Source of the DNA: a bacterium
Lineage (GTDB): Bacteria; Pseudomonadota; Alphaproteobacteria; Rickettsiales; RI-342
Length of the DNA stretch: 64,000 nt
NCBI GenBank assembly: GCA_016124905.1
Contig: WGMV01000002.1
Location: 1,257-65,256, forward strand
Reading direction: 5' to 3'
The notes below the pieces were generated by a model. That model was not told the DNA's origin and ran no database searches. It saw only the letters and a program-made list of their open reading frames with translations. Positions 59,256-64,000 of this stretch are shown here, in pieces (within the stretch, counting starts at the first letter, position 1; each line of letters opens with the position of its first letter). Made by a program: the position numbers and the translations under genes.

Positions 59256-59377
59256 CGCAACCTCCCGAGGCAGCCTGATAGGCAGGTAAATGGCCAGTCA
59301 AAACGCTGGAATTCCGCATTAGGACAAGGGGGCCGGGGGGTCAATAAGATAATGATCCCACCTGAAAGGGCCGGCTT

Positions 59378-60160
59378 TTAGCTTTTAAGGCGATAACCTG
59401 TTTTAAATAGCCAATAGGTCGACGCCCACAGAATCAGGTTCATCACCGCCAGCAGCGGCATGCCGATTTCCACCGCCCCGTCCGAATGGCCGATCATCCC
59501 GTAGCGGAATCCGTCAATCATATAGAAAAAAGGATTGGCATAGCTGATATGCTGAAAGAATTTCGGCAGCGCCGTGATGGAATAGAATGTCCCCGAAAGG
59601 AACGCCAGCGGCGAGATGATGTAATTGGTAATCGCCGACATCTGGTCGAACCCTTGTGACCACAGCCCCGAAAGCACGCCGACCAGCGCCATCATCATGG
59701 AAGCCATCAGCACCATGTAAACCGCCACCCACGGGTGCTGCACCTCGGTGGGGATGAAAAAGGAAACGCCCAGCCACACCACCAGCCCCACCGCCAACCC
59801 GCGCGTGATGGCCCCCATCATGTAGGCCAGCGTGATCTCGTGCGGCGAAAGCGGCGGCATCAGCACATCGATAATCGTGCCCTGGATCTTGGAAAGAATG
59901 AGAGAGGAGGAGCTGTTGGCAAACGCATTCTGCACCACCGCCATCATGATGAGACCGGGCGCGATGAAAACGCCGAACGGCACGTCGCCGTTGGTATCGG
60001 TGATCACGCGATGGTCCCCTCCAAGCGCCAGCATGAAAATGGCCAGGAACAGAAGCGTGGATACCAGCGGCGCGATCAATGTCTGGTTCCATACCTTGCC
60101 GAAACGCCACACCTCGCGCTTATACATGGTCCATGTGCCGAGCCAGTTGCTGTCCTTCAT
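59378..60160 (-). CDS. ABC-2 type transporter permease (YadH-like)
   Basis: Six hydrophobic helices with ABC-2 family layout. There is no adjacent ATPase gene. Confidence 0.78.
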   Translation of the reverse strand: MKDSNWLGTWTMYKREVWRFGKVWNQTLIAPLVSTLLFLAIFMLALGGDHRVITDTNGDVPFGVFIAPGLIMMAVVQNAFANSSSSLILSKIQGTIIDVLMPPLSPHEITLAYMMGAITRGLAVGLVVWLGVSFFIPTEVQHPWVAVYMVLMASMMMALVGVLSGLWSQGFDQMSAITNYIISPLAFLSGTFYSITALPKFFQHISYANPFFYMIDGFRYGMIGHSDGAVEIGMPLLAVMNLILWASTYWLFKTGYRLKS

Positions 60161-60179
60161 ACAATCTCCGTCTATAATA

Positions 60180-60256
60180 TGGCGTGCCCGGAGGGACTCG
60201 AACCCCCGACCGTCTGCTTAGAAGGCAGATGCTCTATCCAGCTGAGCTACGGGCAC
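60180..60256 (-). tRNA. tRNA-Arg (anticodon UCU), CCA encoded
   Basis: The reverse complement folds as a cloverleaf: acceptor GTGCCCG/CGGGCAC, D-arm GCTC-AGCTGGATA-GAGC, anticodon arm TCTGC-CTTCTAA-GCAGA, T-arm GGGGG-TTCGAGT-CCCTC, and discriminator G plus CCA. Confidence 0.93.
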
Positions 60257-60412
60257 AGGCCTGTGCGCAGGGTGTAGCATGCCGCGATGCCTCTGGCTAG
60301 ATTCCGTGACGCCACACGTTCGCACTGCGCCGAAGCCTTTCACATGGGAAAAAGATATGGCCGCGCCTAGGATCGCTTCTCATTCAAAATCATTTGGGTG
60401 TCAGGAAAGGGC

Positions 60413-60601
60413 ATGAACATGTCTAATAACAACCAAAACAACAATAATCAGAGCCAGAAACCCGGCAACGATATGAAAACCCCTTCAAACGATCAGGGTT
60501 CTTCTAAAAACCTCACCGAAGCCGAAAAAGCCGAAGCTGCAAAACGCAACGAAGCCGGCAAAGAGAACGAACAGAAGAATGAGCAGAAAAAAGCCTCTTA
60601 A
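60413..60601 (+). CDS. small hydrophilic low-complexity protein (about 62 aa; N/Q-rich then K/E/A-rich)
   Basis: MNMSNNNQNNNNQSQKPGNDMKTPSNDQGSSKNLTEAEKAEAAKRNEAGKENEQKNEQKKAS. An AGGAAAGGG lies upstream and the ORF has its own intrinsic terminator. The exact start is uncertain (GTG 60398, ATG 60413 or ATG 60419). Confidence 0.5.
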   Translation: MNMSNNNQNNNNQSQKPGNDMKTPSNDQGSSKNLTEAEKAEAAKRNEAGKENEQKNEQKKAS

Positions 60602-60632
60602 TGGCTGACGCGAATAGCGTTGTTTATTCTGA

Positions 60633-60669
60633 AAAGCCCCCTGCCTTAACCTAAGCAGGGGGCTTTTTG
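60633..60669 (+). terminator. rho-independent terminator of the small hydrophilic ORF
   Basis: 12-bp stem aaagccccctgc / gcagggggcttt with a 10-nt loop, followed by a T-run. Confidence 0.75.
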
Positions 60670-60739
60670 CATGTTCGCATGGCAAAAAGATACCCCATTC
60701 TTCTAAGCTTGTGTGCTTATCCATATAAAGGAGGCGGCC

Positions 60740-60898
60740 ATGCCTACCATCCCTGCCAAACCCCACGGCTCGCCACCACAGCCCAGGCAACCTGAAAAGA
60801 AAGACCCGGTTCCCGATAAAAGCTATACCGTGGATATCGGCGACAGCCTGGAGATACCCGCCCGCCAGCAGACAACCACCATGCACCCGCTTTCATGA
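60740..60898 (+). CDS. candidate 52-aa Pro-rich small protein
   Basis: ATG 60740 lies 6 nt after a strong AAGGAGG. The sequence is MPTIPAKPHGSPPQPRQPEKKDPVPDKSYTVDIGDSLEIPARQQTTTMHPLS. Its stop overlaps the start of the DUF924 gene (ATGA). Confidence 0.4.
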   Translation: MPTIPAKPHGSPPQPRQPEKKDPVPDKSYTVDIGDSLEIPARQQTTTMHPLS

Positions 60899-61449
60899 GC
60901 CCACAAACCGTCACTCCCCAGCAGGTGCTGGATTTCTGGTTTGCCCCCGGCCGTGAGGAACAATGGTTTGCCCCCTCACCGGCGCTGGATGAGGAAATCC
61001 GCGCGCGCTTTGCTCAAGTCTATGAATCGGCTCGCTCCGGCAAATTGCAGGCATGGAAAAAAACACCCGAAGGACTATTGGCCCTCATCCTTGTACTGGA
61101 TCAATTCCCCCGCAACATGTTCCGAGACAACCCCCAGGCCTTCGCCACGGACAGGATGGCCATCGATCTGTCTCGACATGGGCTGGAACATGAACAGGAA
61201 CTGCACCTGCCCCCGATCTGGCGCATTTTTTTCTACATGCCCCTGATGCACAGCGAAATGCTGACTGAGCAGGAACTGTCGGTGGCCATGTATGAGCGCC
61301 TCGGCTTCCCGGCCAATTTGGAATTCGCCCGTCAGCACCATTACATCATCAAACATTTCGGGCGCTTTCCACATCGCAACCACATCCTGGGGCGCGCATC
61401 CACGCCGGAAGAGGAAGAATTCCTCACCCAGCCCGGTTCCAGCTTCTGA
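60895..61449 (+). CDS. DUF924 family protein
   Basis: Family blocks VLDFWF, LILVLDQFPRNMFR and HFGRFPHRNHILGRASTPEEEEFL. Confidence 0.85.
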   Translation: MSPQTVTPQQVLDFWFAPGREEQWFAPSPALDEEIRARFAQVYESARSGKLQAWKKTPEGLLALILVLDQFPRNMFRDNPQAFATDRMAIDLSRHGLEHEQELHLPPIWRIFFYMPLMHSEMLTEQELSVAMYERLGFPANLEFARQHHYIIKHFGRFPHRNHILGRASTPEEEEFLTQPGSSF

Positions 61450-61783
61450 TTAACATCCGGCATCAAAACGACCGCTACGTCATCAGGCAATCCGCCGCTT
61501 GTTTATCCAGTGCTTATAAAACTCCGCCTTCGTCATCATTGTTCCCTTATACCCCTGCCGGTAAGTTGGAATCGTATTGCTTGCGTCGGTTTTCGGACTA
61601 CGCACCCTGTGTTCCGGCTCTTGCTGGAATTAGCGATATCGCCCCTTCCCCCAACCTTGTCTCGGACGAGGGTTTGGGCAAGAGGCATCCTGTTCGTCAT
61701 TTCCTTCCACTTCGGTGGTGGGAAGTTATCATCGCCGGTCATGCCAATTTCCCTCGAACATTGGTTATCTCGCCGGCGCGGTA

Positions 61784-61804
61784 ATCCCCGGTTTATCCGG
61801 GGAT
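61784..61804. repeat. short palindromic repeat atccccgg-tttat-ccggggat flanked by gta / gacg
   Basis: 8-bp perfect stem read directly. It has the same cgtcat-hairpin-at design as the repeat at 37021-37048, in the opposite orientation. Confidence 0.65.
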
Positions 61805-61944
61805 GACGACATGGGAAATTCCTCCCCGTCCGGGGGCGCCTTGTCGCGAGCATGGGCGCCTTCCGGCATGGACGGAACCTTTGGTCTTGTTTGAACGTTG
61901 TTGACAGTTTTGCACGTTGCTTGCCCTCCCTCAGGTCGACGTGC

Positions 61945-61983
61945 GCCCCCTTTTGTTATACAAAAGGGGGCTTTTGTCGTTTT
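61945..61983 (+). terminator. orphan plus-strand rho-independent terminator
   Basis: 11-bp stem gcccccttttg / caaaagggggc with loop ttata, followed by ttttgtcgtttt. The T-run is on the plus strand only. The nearest upstream plus-strand CDS ends about 490 nt away. Confidence 0.65.
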
Positions 61984-62011
61984 AAGATCGTTTCAACAAA
62001 AACCTCGCGGC

Positions 62012-63616
62012 CTAAGCGGCAACCGCGCGAAACAATATCTTATCCTCCTGCTCCTGCTGCAGCTGAAGGTCCGTCTGGCTGTCGATCACCTGTTTCAAAT
62101 CCTCAAACCGAACCGGCTTCACCAGATACCCCACCGCCCCGAGTGACTTGGCATACTCGATATCCCCATCCACGCAGGAGGTCGAGCACACCACAACCTT
62201 CACCCGTTCCATAAGGTTGAGCTGCCGCATCCGCTCCATCAGTTCAAACCCGTCCATCTTGGGCATGTTGATATCCAGCAGCATCAGGTCATACATGCGC
62301 CCCTTGCGCGATGCGCGAATCAGCATGTCGAACGCCTCCTGCCCGTCCCGCGCCGCATGCAGGTTGCAATGCATGCGCGGATATTCAAACAGCATGATCT
62401 TGCTCAGTTCCAGATCCGTCTCGCTGTCATCCACCAGCAGCACATTGGCCATGGCCGCCGTGGGTGTCGGTTTTCTGCGCGGTTTAGCGGGGCGGATGAT
62501 TTCCAGCGCCGACACTTCCAACGGCTCGCTCTGGTCTTCCACCGCCTGCAGCTCTTTGGGCAGAATGAACTGGAACATCACCCCGCCCGATGCCGCCGGC
62601 TCATACCATATCTTTCCGCCGTGCGATTCGATGATTTTTTTGCAGGTCGCCAGCCCCAGGCCCACGCCGCGCTCGTTTTCCTTGGCGATACGTTTGAATG
62701 GCTGAAACACGGTGTCCGCATGCAGCGAATCGATACCCCTGCCGTTATCGCGAATACGAAACAGCCAGTGGTCCGTCATATCCACGGCGGAAATATGCAC
62801 CTCCGGCCGCACATCGCAATAGCTGATGGCGTTGGAAAGCAGGTTCTGCAGCACCTGGGTCAGCTGTTCGCGGTTGGCATCCAGCCGGGGCAGCGGGCTG
62901 CTGCTGATGGTGGCGCCACGCTCGGCTATCTGCGTTGAGAGCCGCTCTTTCACTTCCTGTAACAGGTCGCTCAGGTCGCAGCTTTCCTTGGTCACGGCCT
63001 CTGTCGTATCCAGCCTTGTATAAAAATAGACCGTCTCAATCAGCATGCTCATGTAATCCGTCGCGCGGCGGATATTGCCAAGATATTCGTTGCCCTTGTC
63101 CGTCAGCTTTTCCCGTTTGCCGAGCAGGCTCAAAAAAGAATGCACAATCCGAAGCTGCCCTTTCAGGTCATGCGCCATGGCGCGGGCGAATATCTCCAGC
63201 GAATTATGCTGCTCGTCCACCCGTTGCTGCATGGCGCAATATTTCATCGCCACCAAAATGGCATGCTCCAGGGTCTCCGTGGTGATCGAACCTTTGGTGA
63301 TGTAATTCTGCGCCCCTTCGCGGATGGCGCTCACCGCAAGCGTCTCGTTTCCCTGCCCGGTCAGCATCACCACGGGTAAATACGGATATTTGCTGCGGAT
63401 GCGCTTAAGCACCTCCACCCCGTTGCGCCCGGGCAGTGAATAATCCAGCAGCACGCAGGAGAACGCCTGCTCCTTCAGCATATCAAACCCTTCCTCGCCG
63501 CGCTCGGCTTCCGTGAGCTGATAACGCGCATACGCGCTTTTCTGCAGTGTACGGCGATAAAGCAGGCGGTCATCCTCATTATCGTCAATTACCAGGATGC
63601 TGAGTGTTTCAGTCAT
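62012..63616 (-). CDS. hybrid histidine kinase, REC-HisKA-HATPase-REC, no sensor or TM domain
   Basis: REC1 is ILVIDDNEDD...VLLDYSLPGRNG. The H-box is AMAHDLKGQL, the N-box NLLSNAISY, G1 DNGRGID and G2 GVGLGLATCK. REC2 is VLLVDDSETD...LMLLDINMPKMDG...GYLVKP. ATG 63616 overlaps the upstream gene by 8 nt. Confidence 0.85.
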   Translation of the reverse strand: MTETLSILVIDDNEDDRLLYRRTLQKSAYARYQLTEAERGEEGFDMLKEQAFSCVLLDYSLPGRNGVEVLKRIRSKYPYLPVVMLTGQGNETLAVSAIREGAQNYITKGSITTETLEHAILVAMKYCAMQQRVDEQHNSLEIFARAMAHDLKGQLRIVHSFLSLLGKREKLTDKGNEYLGNIRRATDYMSMLIETVYFYTRLDTTEAVTKESCDLSDLLQEVKERLSTQIAERGATISSSPLPRLDANREQLTQVLQNLLSNAISYCDVRPEVHISAVDMTDHWLFRIRDNGRGIDSLHADTVFQPFKRIAKENERGVGLGLATCKKIIESHGGKIWYEPAASGGVMFQFILPKELQAVEDQSEPLEVSALEIIRPAKPRRKPTPTAAMANVLLVDDSETDLELSKIMLFEYPRMHCNLHAARDGQEAFDMLIRASRKGRMYDLMLLDINMPKMDGFELMERMRQLNLMERVKVVVCSTSCVDGDIEYAKSLGAVGYLVKPVRFEDLKQVIDSQTDLQLQQEQEDKILFRAVAA

Positions 63617-64000
63617 GGCGTGCCTCCTTGGGTAATAAGGCGATTTCAAACCAGTATTCCTTCAGCCGCTTGATGGCCTCAATCAGCCCTTCAAAACTCA
63701 CCGGCTTCTGCACATACGTATTCGCGCCCATCTGATAACAGGCCTCCACATCACGTTCGTCGTCCGATGTGGTGAGAATGATTACCGGCACGCGCTTCAG
63801 CGACTTGTCCTGCTTGATGTGATGCAAGGTCTGGCGCCCGTCCATACCGGGCATGTTGAGATCAAGCAGCACAAGCCCGGGCAGTGCCTGCCCCTTTCCG
63901 GCGCTGTGTTTCAGAAAATCCAGCGCCTGCTGGCCGGATTGCGCCCAGTCCACCGGGTTATAGAGGCTGGCTTTTTTAAAGGCGCGCATCGTGGCCTCGT
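63609..64000 (-). CDS. single-domain response regulator (Rcp1/phytochrome-associated type), N-terminus beyond the right edge
   Basis: LVLLDLNMPGMDG, PVIILTTSDDERDV and GANTYVQKP...YWFEIALLP. The reading frame stays open upstream of the ORF-track Met (..EAT-MRAFKK), so the gene continues past 64000. Confidence 0.8.
   Translation of the reverse strand, partial: EATMRAFKKASLYNPVDWAQSGQQALDFLKHSAGKGQALPGLVLLDLNMPGMDGRQTLHHIKQDKSLKRVPVIILTTSDDERDVEACYQMGANTYVQKPVSFEGLIEAIKRLKEYWFEIALLPKEARHD

Noticed and set aside
60180-60400. A genomic island or prophage integrated at tRNA-Arg.
   Set aside because: No integrase, no direct repeat of the tRNA 3' end and no phage-like genes occur on either side. 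The neighbours are argD/argF, an ABC-2 permease and small ORFs.
61510-61853. Three mutually overlapping track ORFs (98, 105 and 81 aa) in the gap.
   Set aside because: They overlap on both strands, are rich in Arg, Pro and Cys as expected from translating GC-rich palindromic repeats, and lack SD sequences. I do not report them as CDS.
61450-62011. tmRNA, RNase P RNA, SRP RNA or 6S RNA in the large non-coding gap. A GDDNF peptide on the minus strand superficially recalls ANDN-type tmRNA tags.
   Set aside because: There is no tRNA-like acceptor/T-arm (no GGTTCGA…CCACCA). The RNase P GAGGAAAGTCCGGGC word and the SRP GGTCCGGAAGGAAGCAGC word are both absent. The GDDNF frame has no nearby stop, so it cannot be a tag reading frame.

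Overview
This is a GC-rich, gene-dense window that reads as core chromosome of an alphaproteobacterium. The lineage call rests on a PopZ/DUF2497 homologue, split gcvPA/gcvPB, hfq-hflX, the pcm-tolC pair and a Cys-poor L36. I can support about 60 protein genes, one tRNA-Arg(UCU), several intrinsic terminators and several families of short palindromic intergenic repeats.

Recognisable housekeeping blocks, in order:
- bioF / bioB-bioA, rpmJ, phrB, serC-serA, mtaB-dapF
- gcvT-H-PA-PB, queD, pdxH, hfq-hflX, groES-groEL
- a ClC channel, cheW, yciB
- pabB-pabC divergent from folK-folP
- parC, recO, queA-tgt, popZ, tolC, pcm
- a partial rhamnose/LPS cluster (rfbD-rfbC-X-epimerase)
- gyrA-coaD-ppi, hslO, argF-argD
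- a REC -> REC-HK-REC phosphorelay at the right edge

I saw no CRISPR array, integrase, transposase or prophage.

The parts these families do not explain:
- An exported 785-aa protein (40167-42524) combines more than 10 polyproline (L/M)PPxP motifs, ankyrin repeats and a 199-aa Q/Y/P-rich tail. It sits next to popZ.
- Two large ORFans (688 and 761 aa) share an architecture of soluble domain, hydrophobic cluster and helical domain. They bracket the queD-pdxH-hfq-hflX block and lie near copies of a 47-nt repeat.
- A compact divergent three-gene ORFan cassette lies at 54091-55891.
- A 148-bp MITE-like element has a terminal repeat that supplies the argF stop codon.
- A 560-bp gene-free spacer carries an orphan plus-strand terminator.
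- Several unannotated small ORFs are present: rpmJ, a 39-aa hydrophobic ORF coupled to the downstream transporter, and an N/Q/K/E-rich 62-aa ORF.

All functional calls are made by eye from motifs. No database search was run.
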